In this document: piece by piece, positions 26,301-37,641 of the stretch
Numbering within the stretch: position 1 is the first letter of the stretch
Layout of the letters: every line of letters begins with the position of its first letter
Source of the DNA: Ylistrum balloti
Lineage: Eukaryota
Direction of reading: 5' to 3'
Assembly: GCF_031769215.1 (NCBI RefSeq)
Contig: NW_026782658.1
Coordinates: 310,001-374,000 of the forward strand
Length of the DNA stretch: 64,000 bases
Made by a program: the position numbers and the translations under genes
Notes under the pieces: model-generated
The model's input: the letters and a program-made list of their open reading frames with translations, nothing else
The model's database searches: none
What the model was told of the DNA's origin: nothing

Positions 26301-26819
26301 GTCATCAGGATTTACATCAATCATATCACCTACCGTTTGATATTAACTAACTAAATATGTATCAGGCACCAGTGTTAACGTGGATCATACCACAAGATTC
26401 AGTTTACAAGTTGACAAGGTCAGTGAGGATCCTACAGAAATTGACATCAGTAAAAAATTAATTAAATATAAATAAAATACAAATGTGTTAAATTGAAGAC
26501 AATACACGTCAGAAGAGATGGTAAATGGGACCACATTCAGGAGTCAATATAGAATATAATGCTTGTTGATTAATATTTATCTGGACAATCCTTCATTTAT
26601 TTCTTGAGTCTTGAATTTACATATTTGTTTGACTGTAATATTTTGTTTAACTCTCATATTTGTATTGTTTGATTTTCATCTGTTAACAGGTATGCCCAGG
26701 CTAACATGATGTCAGTGACTCTAAGCTGTGACCATCGTGTTGTAGACGGAGCTGTTGGTGCCCAGTGGCTGGCAGAATTCAAGAAGTTCATGGAGCGACC
26801 TGAAACTATGCTCTTATAA
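17341..26819 (+). CDS. DLAT: Dihydrolipoamide S-acetyltransferase (pyruvate dehydrogenase E2), mitochondrial, about 506 aa
   Basis: Exons 17341-17456, 20245-20554, 20899-21186, 21563-21709, 22261-22346, 22704-22844, 23607-23688, 24527-24607, 25084-25158, 25773-25837, 26690-26819 (1521 nt, all GT-AG, phases consistent). R/S-rich transit peptide, lipoyl domain LPALSPTM...[10 protein letters not shown] linker, E3-binding ASPLAR, catalytic [10 protein letters not shown] and DHRVVDGA. Exon 1 is the least certain. Confidence 0.95.
23241..23502. mobile_element. piggyBac-type MITE (262 bp) in DLAT intron 6
   Basis: TTAA on both sides (23237-40, 23503-06); 10-bp TIR CCCTTTCGGC / GCCGAAAGGG; internal 35-bp tandem repeats. 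Confidence 0.75.
25865..26325. repeat. 45-bp minisatellite (ATATCACAGGGGTCAGTATATAGGTCATCAGGGTCAACGGGGATC), about 10 copies, in DLAT intron 10
   Basis: Visible array; 15-aa periodicity in ORFs 25714-26145 and 25860-26069; some units are shortened. Confidence 0.93.
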
Positions 26820-28944
26820 AGTAGAGTATAGGCTAAAAAATTATGGAGTGGGAAATCTTCAAAGTGCTAGAGAAATAAGTGCAATGATAGGACATGGATA
26901 TTAATCAAGGGACACTGGCGGCATGTGTATTGTTGGTTGTTCTACTCTGTAGCATTAGAAGGAAATCTCTAGCTCTGAGTGAACAAATATTAGTTGTGTG
27001 ACGATGTCATGCACATTATAGTGTGCAGGACTTGATGCCATTTCTACAAGGCGTAAGTGGCTTACAGAATAAAATATTTTATATTATTGATAGGACAGGG
27101 CTCTGTCGTTTGTGATGTCCACTTGATCCTGTTGTGATCTAAATTTACTCGATAACGGGCATTTCTGACAACATCAAGATAAACCACCTCTCATGAAGGA
27201 AATTACGTGGTTTTCGAAGACTGTTTCTGATTTTGATTATCACACCATCCAGGATGTTTCCGATCAGGAACAATACTCAACAGAAATCTTGGAAAGGGTA
27301 GGGGAGTTAGGGGACGGTATTAACAAAATTTCAACTTTGTATTAACAGTGTAAGAATAGATCTAGTGAAACCATTTTAGATTGAAAAAATTTAATGTAAT
27401 TGTAGCTCCTCAAGTCATTGAAAATTAGTGTGGCTTACTTTCTGGATTTACCCATTAAAGGAATGTATGGATTAAACCATTTACTGTAAATGTACTTAAT
27501 TTAGCTCAAATCTTAGCACATTTTTGACAAATTAGCATGATGTTAAATTTGCGTATCAACAATAGCATATTGTTTATGTCTTATTTTCAGTGCTAAAAGA
27601 TTATTGCTAAAATATGAACATTTACCATATACTGTAGCCAGCTGCTGGTTATATGAAGGCTATACATGTATTTTAATGCCTGTTTGACCAAACATTGTTA
27701 CTACAAAGGTGTGAGACATTTTTGTGTTCAGCTGCCAACTTTTAATCCAGGGAAAATGAAGATGATAGTATTACCATCTTCAACTGCTGATGGCAGACAG
27801 TACCTTTGTGATAGCTGTCCTAAAAATGTCAGTTATTTATGTTACTTACCTGAAACCAAATTTGTACCGGGCGTTAGTGGAGATCTTTTATGTTCAATAT
27901 TAAGATATTGAGGGTGGATAGTCAGTACTGCGATGGTAAATACAAACATTTATAAAATGACATTGTTAATGTTTCGTTTTAACCCTTTCTTTTATGTGTA
28001 AATAATTTATTCAAATTAAATGTTGTCAACATCATCCTGTAGGTTTTCATTGTGTTGTTTACAATATTGCACACTTATCATAACTCTGTTACATATTCCA
28101 GCTACGTGCACCAATAACCTGATTTCATTGTTTCAGTCAGTACTTACTGATGAGCAAGGTTGCACTCGCAACCAAAGTGTTGAATTCTATGGTCAAGGTG
28201 TCAAACTCTATCTGAAATATCAAACTGTCAAACTCTCTCTTTACCAGAAGTGTCCAGCTCTCTTTCTGAAGTGTTTAAGTATATATCTATAGAAACAAAC
28301 TCTATATCTGCAGTATTGAACTATAAGTGTAAAACTCTCTATCTGAAGTACCCAATTCTTGTCTGAAGAGTACAACTCTCTATGTGTTTTAACATTCCAT
28401 CTGAAATATCAAAATCTAACCGCTGTGTCAAAATCTCTATTTCCCACAATCAAGGGCACAATTAGTGGGAGAAAATATATATTGTAACTCGTGTGAAGGC
28501 TTATAAGTTATCATGATTTCTTTCCTAAATGTTGCTATTTCTGGTGTATACAGTTATTGAATTTACCTAAAAGCAAGATGTGTTTTTGAAACACTATGCC
28601 CCGGTTGCAGCAAAATTATGAAGTGGGACATTTCAACTGTACTGCATAAGGCATGTGCTAATTGCATGTACTCTTTGGGAAACACTTGTGTCATTGTAGC
28701 AATGGTTTGGCAGCTTTTGTTCAATAGTTATGGCCAATGTTTAAATGCTCAAAAATGTTGATACTATGGGAAAGAAGCACACATGCCAAATATGAAGGCC
28801 CTGCCTCTTACAGTGCAAGAGTTATGTCCAGTGTTAAGACTTTTCCAAATGTAAGTCGAAGGCCAAGGTCACTTTGTCAAAAAATTTTAGTGCAATAGTT
28901 ACGGGCAAAATTAAAGCTGACAAAAGACAAACACAAGAAACAAC

Positions 28945-29745
28945 ACAAGAGGCCTAGCACCTTTGACGGTCACCTGAGATAAGCAACATTGAATATAAAG
29001 GTTAAGGATAGTTATCAAGTGTTCATGAAACAGAAATTGTAACACTGAATATAGACAGTGTCAATACATGCATTCCAACAAAACTGTCATCCTATACTGA
29101 TGATTCTTATAAAGTTATTTCCAGTGGGAAATAACCAACGTTATGCTATAAAAATGCAATTTTTCTATAAAAATTACAGTAAAGCCTTAAAAAAAATATA
29201 TTCGTTCCCAGGAAGAAATGTGACACTCATTTTAGTAATTATAGCACCTTAATATGCTTCCACACATGAAGAGCATTTGATTCTACCAATCTACCAATAC
29301 TATCTGGGTCTAGAGAAGAAGATTTTTGAAATTAATTTGACCCCTTTTTGCCCTGCCCATCAGCCCCTCGAGGTCAGTCAAGATCAAAATTGACATACCA
29401 TCAAGCTGTCATCAAATGTGAGACTGTGGGGCCAAGAATTTCACAATTTTGGTAAAACATCTTTTGATGCTTCCATTCATGAAGAGTATTTGATTATACC
29501 ATATCTTGTTTGAGTCAATTTAACCCCCTTTGGCCCCACCCCTCAGGCCCCTGGAGTGTGGGGACTGTGTAATTCACAAATTTGGTTCATCTTAGGCCAG
29601 GGAAGGTTTCTGCAAAATTTCATTGAAATCTGATCCGGTGTTTTTGAGAGAAAGTCGAAAATGTTAAATTGTTCACGGACACATGACGCCGGATGAAGGG
29701 TATTAGAATAAATTGAATTGAGACTTTGTCTCAGGTGACCTAAAA
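28945..29745 (-). mobile_element. Non-autonomous Helentron-associated (HINE/DINE-1-like) repeat
   Basis: 12-bp inverted repeat GGTCACCTGAGA (28968-79) / TCTCAGGTGACC (29729-40). On the minus strand it starts TTTTAGGTCACCTGAGAC and ends GGCCTCTTGT, an architecture I recognise from common bivalve repeats. An adjacent related-type repeat lies at ~28570-28940. Confidence 0.5.
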
Positions 29746-30197
29746 GTGATATGCCCCCAGATCAAAAATAAAACTTATCTCAATGACATTTGCCACAAGT
29801 CATCTTTTTATTTACTATGTAAACCTCTCAGTAGCAGTGATCAAGTTTTGAGCATTTTGCAACTTGTTCTTAAGTCTTTTTCATCCTTTCATTCTCAAGT
29901 GACCACCTGCTGCATATTGTTCCACAAGTCTTCTATATCCGCTTTCTGTGTCCACAGGTCTGCTGCACTGATTCAGTTAAGTCAGCAAATCATGCTATCA
30001 CTATTTTAATTGCTTAAGACACTTGATTTCCAAAGACACTGGAAGTATACAGTGGCAAGTGCCCTATCAGTCTTGTTCTCATGGTCACACCAACAGCAAC
30101 AATTAAGACTGATCCAGACTAAGAGGGAGTCCTAAACTGGTGTGATGGGTCAGTTTTATATCTAACAACATTATATGCCAGTGATGACTTGTTGTTA

Positions 30198-32929
30198 TCA
30201 TCCACGGTCTTTTAATCGCTTTATGAAAGTCACTTCATCCTTATTTCTAATCTCATACCTGTCAAATAAATGAAAATTTTCATCAATTTAGTTAGACTGC
30301 TCACCGATGTTAGACCTACTGTTAAACTTCAAAAGTATGGAGCTGGTGAATAGGAAAGTAGTTGACATATTTTTTCTTTGGATCACAATATGAAGGATTG
30401 GAAGCAAGACAAAGTTTAAACAGTAACTTTTCAATGTAAAGAAATGGAGTAAAACTTATTTTTGTAAAACATAGAGCAATCAAATCTGGAATGAAGTTAG
30501 ATCTGTGGGTGTACAACTCATATCTGTTTTAATAATTGCTTGATTATTAAAGTTTTTTGCTTTACCAGAATTCACATAGCTATAAATTTATTGAAAGACA
30601 GGATAAATGCATATACTGTGAAATAATTAATTTTCGTGGAGGATTTATTTTCAATGATTTCATGGGTACAATTAATCCACAAATTTATTTGTTCACAAAA
30701 TGATATACAGTTTAGGATACACATTATCTTAGCACTAGAGGATTTGATGAGTACTATTTATCCAAAAAGTCAAATGTCAACAAAAATGGAATTTTACAAA
30801 AAAATCATGAAATTGAGTAAAATAGATGACTCTTCTGTACAATGTACCAAATGAGATACAGATTTGTAACAACTGAACTTGAAATTCACTGTCAAGTAAT
30901 AGATTATGAAAGTGGACTTACTCTTTCAAAGATTTTCTGTTATCTGATAATTTCTGAGAATTGAAATATAACCAGTATCGCTTCCAAATATATTTCCTGT
31001 AAAGAGAATAACATATCAAATACATGTGCAGTACAACAAGGTATTATAGATTCTGGTACAAGCATACATAGCAATGAACACACCATCTAGAAAGTAGTGA
31101 TTAATAGAAAATCAATGCAAAGATTTTAACTAGATATTCATTTTAATCAGTCATTATAACAAAATTACCACGACATACATGTTGTAAAGTTGCAAAAATA
31201 TTGCTTTCCTCCCTCCAATATGGCAGCAGTTTCTGAAAATACTCTGGTTTCTACACGTCAAGGTGTGTACTTTGGGGTCAACGGAAAGAAGTTGATAAAA
31301 ATTTGTGAAAAAATTGTAAAATGATTCAAATCTAATCAATGATATCTGCCGTTTCCAGCCTGTATCTAACTTACCAGCACACGGCATATATCAAGCCTGG
31401 ATGTAACCTACCAGCTGATGTGGATATATCCAGGCTGTATGTAACCTACCAGCTGATGTGTATATCCAGGCTGTATGTAACCTACCAGCTGATGTGTATA
31501 TCCAGGCTGTATGTAACCTACCAGCTGATGTGTATATATCCAGCCTATATGTAACCTACCAGCTGATGTGTATATATCCAGCCTATATGTAACCTACCAG
31601 CTGATGTTCCTATATTCAGCCTATATGTAACCTACCAGCTGATGTTCCTATATCCAGGCTGTATGTAACCTACCAGCTGATGTTCCTATATCCAGCCTAT
31701 ATGTAACTTACCAGCTGAGGTGCAGCTTTCCTCCATTTCGAATCTGCTTCAGAGTGATGTAACGCTTTATGGCATGCTTCAAATCCAGCACTGTTGCATT
31801 TTGAGTAACGACTACCGCTATAACAAAAGGAATATAAAGATTACTTATATATCTATATATGTTGGGAGTAAATATAGATATAAGGTCACATACATGTCTG
31901 TCCCAGTTGTATCATGGTTCTGACATCTTGTTTAATACCTGTAATACTGTCCAGAGAGACCTTAAACACTGATATCTCCTGAGTATAACACCACTGGAAT
32001 ATTTTATCAATACTTGTACATTGTACATCAATACAAAGAAATATTTCATTGCGCTTTTACCCATAACTTCGTCATCAGCCCGTCGGACATTAACCACCAT
32101 GGCTTGCCCATATTCCAGAGCAACACAAGAATTCACTTCCTCTAAGGTCACTTGAGGAGGAAGGTCAGACAGCAGAGGGTCTTCCTGTAATGTAAAAGGT
32201 TCATACATCAGTAAGTTACAATTTCTTATTTAAATGACCAAAATTAGTATCTATTATGTTGCATGTTGTATCATGCATCTGTAACTATGGTATATATTCA
32301 ACAGGAAATCTCTGGACTGACTATACTTTATCATAATGGTAATTTATATCCTGTTTGTTTAGTTTCGACTTACAATTATCAGATGGTAGGCTATCCTCCT
32401 CATCTTTAAACCCTACCTCCTATCCCCTCCAAACTCTTCTGAGAACAGGCATGCTAGTTACTTCAACATCTCACATCAAACACATCACTGCCTGTACATT
32501 ATATGTTGTTTGGAGATAAACTGTAGTGGGTTTGTAGTGGGTCAGTGGCACAGGGGTGGTGGTTGTACATGAGAGGTGGGAATTAGACTGAATTTTTGGA
32601 TATGGTTAGGATGTTGTGAAGGTCAGAAGTGGAGGTGAGATTGCTAAGTTGAATATGAAAGTATGTACAGAGAGAATTTTGGAATAGGGAGTGGATTTGA
32701 TCAGTGTGGAGGGCGTGAGTATGAATTAGGATTAACTTACTGTAATGAGGTTTGCCATCACGGACTCTACTTGTGACATAGCCTCTACATGACTCAGAGT
32801 ATGATCATTAGCGGAAATCGCAACTGAGGCAGATGGCGTGTCTACTACAGAGGCCTCCATGTCCTTGGTTACTTCCCCTTGGTTATCATCGTCCCTCTGA
32901 GATGATTCTTCTATCCCTGTTGAATCCAT
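30198..32929 (-). CDS. SNRNP25: U11/U12 small nuclear ribonucleoprotein 25 kDa protein (ubiquitin-like fold), about 184 aa
   Basis: Exons 32929-32741, 32184-32061, 31817-31712, 30996-30922, 30258-30198 (555 nt, phases consistent). LSHVEAM..., EDPLLSDLPPQVTLEEVNSCVALEYGQAM, VVVTQNATVLDLKHAI, SWKYIWKRYWL and YEIRNKDEVTFIKRL match the SNRNP25 family. Candidate upstream exons 33093-33074 and ending at 33683. Confidence 0.92.
31345..31717. repeat. 36-38-bp minisatellite at the 5' end of a SNRNP25 intron
   Basis: Unit TATCCAGGCTGTATGTAACCTACCAGCTGATGTGTA, about 10 copies, overlapping the exon end and donor at 31711. Confidence 0.92.
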
Positions 32930-33682
32930 AGATCTGGTAACCTTTCCTACATTAAAAACAATTTATGACAGCCTTGTTAGACAAGGTTCTCCTCCACCAT
33001 TTTTACTTTTATCTGTCCCATGGTCTCCCTCTGACAAGGCCACTGGCCTCTTTGATCAATCACCAGTACATACCAGAACAGAAGACTGATATACTGCAAA
33101 ACATTTAAATGGTATACACTAACACACCCTATAAATAAGACAGTCAGACACAAATATAGATCTTGACCATGATATTTCTACAATTTTTATGCATGCAAAC
33201 ACAGCGGCATTATGTTTTATCATTTTTTTTAAGATGATTATATGTCCCCGAGCTCATTGTATAGTCCAATATTTAAAACATTTTTAATTTTAAAGACAGA
33301 TGTATATATCAATTCCAAGGAAATTTCACCTGTCAAAGCTACAAATAAAATCTAGATGACCCGTTGTAATATCACGATGAAAGGTCTCAAAGTTATTATT
33401 GTGCCACTTTTGAAAGCCAGTTTGCGTTTTCATATGCAAAACCACACCCTCTCTGCCCGCCCCTCTTTCTGGAAACGCCTTTCTGGTATAACTTTACAGT
33501 ACAATACCACAGCACAAGCAAAATAAATGCATGTCGCAATCGTTAGAAAGACATTCTTGACGTTGATACTACTTGTTTTAGACTATTGACAGTCGTGTAC
33601 CACTTTATACATACTACCTGAACATATCGATTATTTAAAAAAAAAATACACGTGAATATATATACATTTGATAATGATTCAC

Positions 33683-33818
33683 CTTTGCTTGTGTGTTACT
33701 TGCCAGGTACAGATGAACGAGAACACTACAGGGGAAATGCTTGTCATTCAAACGGTAAAATGATTACGATAATTCAAGCGTTAAGTAGACGGACTTCCGG
33801 TAATGACGGTCGGTGAAA
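33683..33818. promoter_or_regulatory. Compact bidirectional promoter region between SNRNP25 and POLR3K
   Basis: Divergent genes; ACTTCCGG (ETS) at 33793-33800; the candidate SNRNP25 first exon ends at a CAAAG|GTGAAT donor at 33683. Confidence 0.65.
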
Positions 33819-36800
33819 ATGTTGATGTTTTGCCCCACATGTTCTAATGTTTTAGTTGTTGAAGAAGGAGAAAGATGTTACAGGTTCGCATGTAACACCT
33901 GTCCTTATATACAGAATATAAAACGAAAGGTAATCCAACTTGAAATATGAGAACCTTCTGTTAAAAAGATACAATAATACATATTGTCTTCTCATCACAG
34001 TGAGCCTGCATCGATACAATGTAATATACAATATTTCTCATATCATGTATGATTGCATCATTTACCATTTTACTATACCTGACGTACACCTGTTAATATG
34101 CAGTTACATGTAAAAGGTTCGTTTCAAATATTATAGTTAAATGTATGAGTTGATTCGCAGAGTAATGTTTATGTGTAAAGTTGTTTGTAATAAATACACT
34201 GTAATTGATGCAAGTAAAAAAATAATATGAAGAACAAAAATTTGAAATATATTTCATTTTTTAATGTATCATAAAAATTGGTTATTTTACATGGAGATAT
34301 ATAGATATATGTCTTATATCATTTAAACGATCTTTCTGAAGTAACGCAGTCACCATCACCATTATTTTTTTGTCTGTCAGGATACTGTGGAGGTTGGGTA
34401 TACATATAACATGTACACTAATTATAACTTTACTGTACTCATGCTAAAGTGTCAACTTACATGAAGCATCCACAGGTTGTACTTGTTTTTCAGTGACATT
34501 TCCTTTATAAATCTTGTTGAGTTTTATATATATATATATATCTGAGAACTTCAGCTCATCCAGCAACGATGACCAAGGTGAAAAATGAATTCACAGATAC
34601 ATAGTCAGAATCCTACTAACTTACCATACACCTACTATGTGCTTTAAGTGGAAATTATGTGTGATCAGCAGTCTACTGCTCGAAAAGATTAAAATCATAG
34701 ATACGTACTGTGGGAATTTCTGACATTTTGCTCAGTTTTTATATTTTTGACATTGAATTATATCAAATTTAAGAAATAGAGATTTAGAGAATTCTGTTCG
34801 ATGTTGTTGTTAAACAATATAATTTAACTGCAACTTCAATTCTAATGATTTCTTTGATAAACAGATCAGCAATAGAAAATACCCTAAGCTGAAGGAAGTA
34901 GATGATGTGTTAGGTGGTGCAGCTGCCTGGGAAAATGTAGACAGTACAGAAGGTAGGTAGATTTGCATGAAAATACAAAGACATTTATTGAGCCATCTTC
35001 CATACTCCAGAGAAATGCTTACTATTGCTCTCTGCATCCCTGGAACATTTCATGTCAAAATTGGAGGTTACATGTGAAACACTTTGCAAATAAGACAGGA
35101 GGACTAGTTTGGTCCTTTGATGAACATCAAACAAATTGCGAGGTCACATAATGGTATGTTGTGTCAACTTCGAAGTTGAGCTTTGCTCCTTTGTAGTCTT
35201 CAAAGGCAGATATCAGTCTGTGATTTGTCAGCTTTTTTATCCTGAAACAGCTCTAGACATATTAATTACTGCAGTTGAGCCTTCAGTTTTGCAACCAATC
35301 TTTCCAGGGGTGCCACGAGTGAATGTGCATTTGATCGTAACCTCTGAAGTATCAAGGATGTTCCTGAGCTAATTTCATGGGAAATATGACACCAAGAAAT
35401 ATTCAAGAAGATCAGTAAAATAAGTTAGTTTGATGACATCATTTTAATCTGGGAACACACATTATATGGAATTTTTTGTGAATGGTTATTTTTGCCAATT
35501 TGATGAAATAAAAATCAAAAGACCTATTAATACAAATTAATTATTTGCATCTGCAAAATTACTAGAAATGGATCAAAAATTAAAAAAAACAAAAAAAATC
35601 TGAAATTTTACATTTACGTTCCCAATCTGTTTTTAATTAGTTTTCCAGCAGTAGATTTTCATGTTGGAATTACTGCAAGTAACACCTGTATAATTGACAG
35701 TGTGGTAACAATTTTGATATCTTTTTGCTTTATGCATTATGGAAAAATATACTGTCGTTTGTAAGTCTTAAATAAGCAAAGGGAGGCAACACATTATGTC
35801 TTACTCAAATTTAGGGAAGTGGACTTGTAACATGAAAACAGTATAGTATGTGTTGTCTTTTCTACTGAATCTACTATATACTTAATAAAACAAAGGTTAT
35901 CAAGATTTGTATAAGTGACAGTTTTGTCAGATGTCCATGAAATATGGTAACTAAGGGGGTCTTACCACAGACTTACATATCTAGTCCCTGGTCAAATGAT
36001 TACCGATATGTAGGATGTCTAATTATGAATGTTTAAATGTTGACCAAAATGTGTGATGGTTCCCAGATTTTATCTGATGTGCAAGAAATGTGGTGTTCAT
36101 GTCTCTAAGATCGGTGATAGAAACTTATGTGACCATCATCAGGTAGGACGACAGCATTACAACATTAACGCTGCTATATAGAGCCTGCACAATCTATATT
36201 GTTGAATGGTTTGAGCATGCAGGTATGGCGTTCCTCTTGTCATTCTTTTGCCTGGGCCAGTTCTTGTAAGATGGAGGGCAGATTTTGCCAATGCCATACT
36301 CATCTTCCAAGAACATTCCAGATTTGTTAAGCCCAATCAGTGTGGTTGGTGCAATGGTGTTGCCTAAAGACAGGACCTGTGTAAGGCCTCCTTACACACA
36401 ATTGGTAATGCTTTAGCCTGTTGAGGATGGTCTGACTGCGTATATATAATTACCTGTCAACCAAGCCAGTTCCTTGATTTTATGGTAGAAGGAAGAAACA
36501 GATTTTGAAGATTCTGTAGCAGTGTTAGATGGCCTTCATGAGGGGTGTAAACTCATGGTTGGCTGTTCCTTGGACAGTCAGAGGTTCAAGTACATATTTA
36601 GTTGCATTAAAATGATAAAACTGTCTTGTAACCTGAGGTTGCCTTGCACCAACTAAGAGCATGCAAATTGCCTTTTCTCTCTCTTCTTTTTCGACAGAAG
36701 CTACATTGCATTGATCTATACAATTTAAATCCAAATGATGATTTTTTCAAATGAGAAAAAATTTGAGATAGTGCTTAAAGCATTTTATGAAATTCAACTG

Positions 36801-37641
36801 AACAAATTTTGAGTGAAGTGGAGAAATTTGTTTTGTTCTAAAAGACAATCTTTGAATTTTACACTTGACTGATTTCAATCAAAATGTTGGCAAGTAATCC
36901 AGAGATTCCGATAAAACACATTATTAACTGATAATTATATATAGGTATATAATCAACCAACGTTTGGTGTACGACAAGGTAGCTTGATCACCTTTTTTTG
37001 TTTCTTAGATATATATGTGGGTGGACTAATTTCAGGGTATACATAGGTTTATTAATACAGATAAATGAGGTTTATATTTACATGCAGGATACACATCGTT
37101 TACACAGTGGTGAGAGTATTTGTGACATGTGTAAACATGTAGTAGTTCAAAACCTTTTATCCAGAGGAAGTCTATATAGGGAAATTCATGAACCTTTTGC
37201 TATATAGTAAAAATGTTTTGTACAGAAAACTTTTAACCAGACTGCCAGTATTTTCAAAATTTCAAGAACAATGTAGTTCTTCTGAAATTAATTTTGTAGG
37301 ATCTTTCTCGCCCTTCCTATGCAACCTTCCAGATAAGTCTCCAAAGAATTGTTATCAAAATATTGACAAACTCAATTCCATCGTGAGATGTGATACATTC
37401 TTCAAACATGAGCGAGTCTCAAATGAAAAGAATAATTCTAAACCTCAAAAATTCATGTGAAAATATCAATCACCGTTATTTACATATGAATATGTATTTT
37501 TGATTCTTTCCAGAAACCTGTCCTAAATGTGCACATGGCCGAGCATTCTTCATGCAGATACAGACACGATCAGCTGATGAACCAATGACAACCTTCTATA
37601 AATGTTGTAACATGAAGTGTGGTCATCGATGGAGAGACTGA
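33819..37641 (+). CDS. POLR3K: RNA polymerase III subunit RPC10 (C11), 108 aa
   Basis: Exons 33819-33929, 34865-34952, 37514-37641 (327 nt). MLMFCPTCSNVLVVEEG...CNTCPY, YPKLKEVDDVLGGAAAWENVDSTE, CPKC...QTRSADEPMTTFYKCC...CGHRWRD: two Zn ribbons and the TFIIS-like acidic DE hairpin. Confidence 0.97.

Noticed and set aside
28144-28180. CTGATGAG followed by a GGTTGC/GCAACC hairpin, a possible second hammerhead
   Set aside because: No GAAA after the stem and no stem I partner.
30198-37641. U12-type introns in SNRNP25 or POLR3K
   Set aside because: All inferred donors are GTAAGT/GTAAAA/GTAATC/GTAGGT-type; none matches RTATCCTT.
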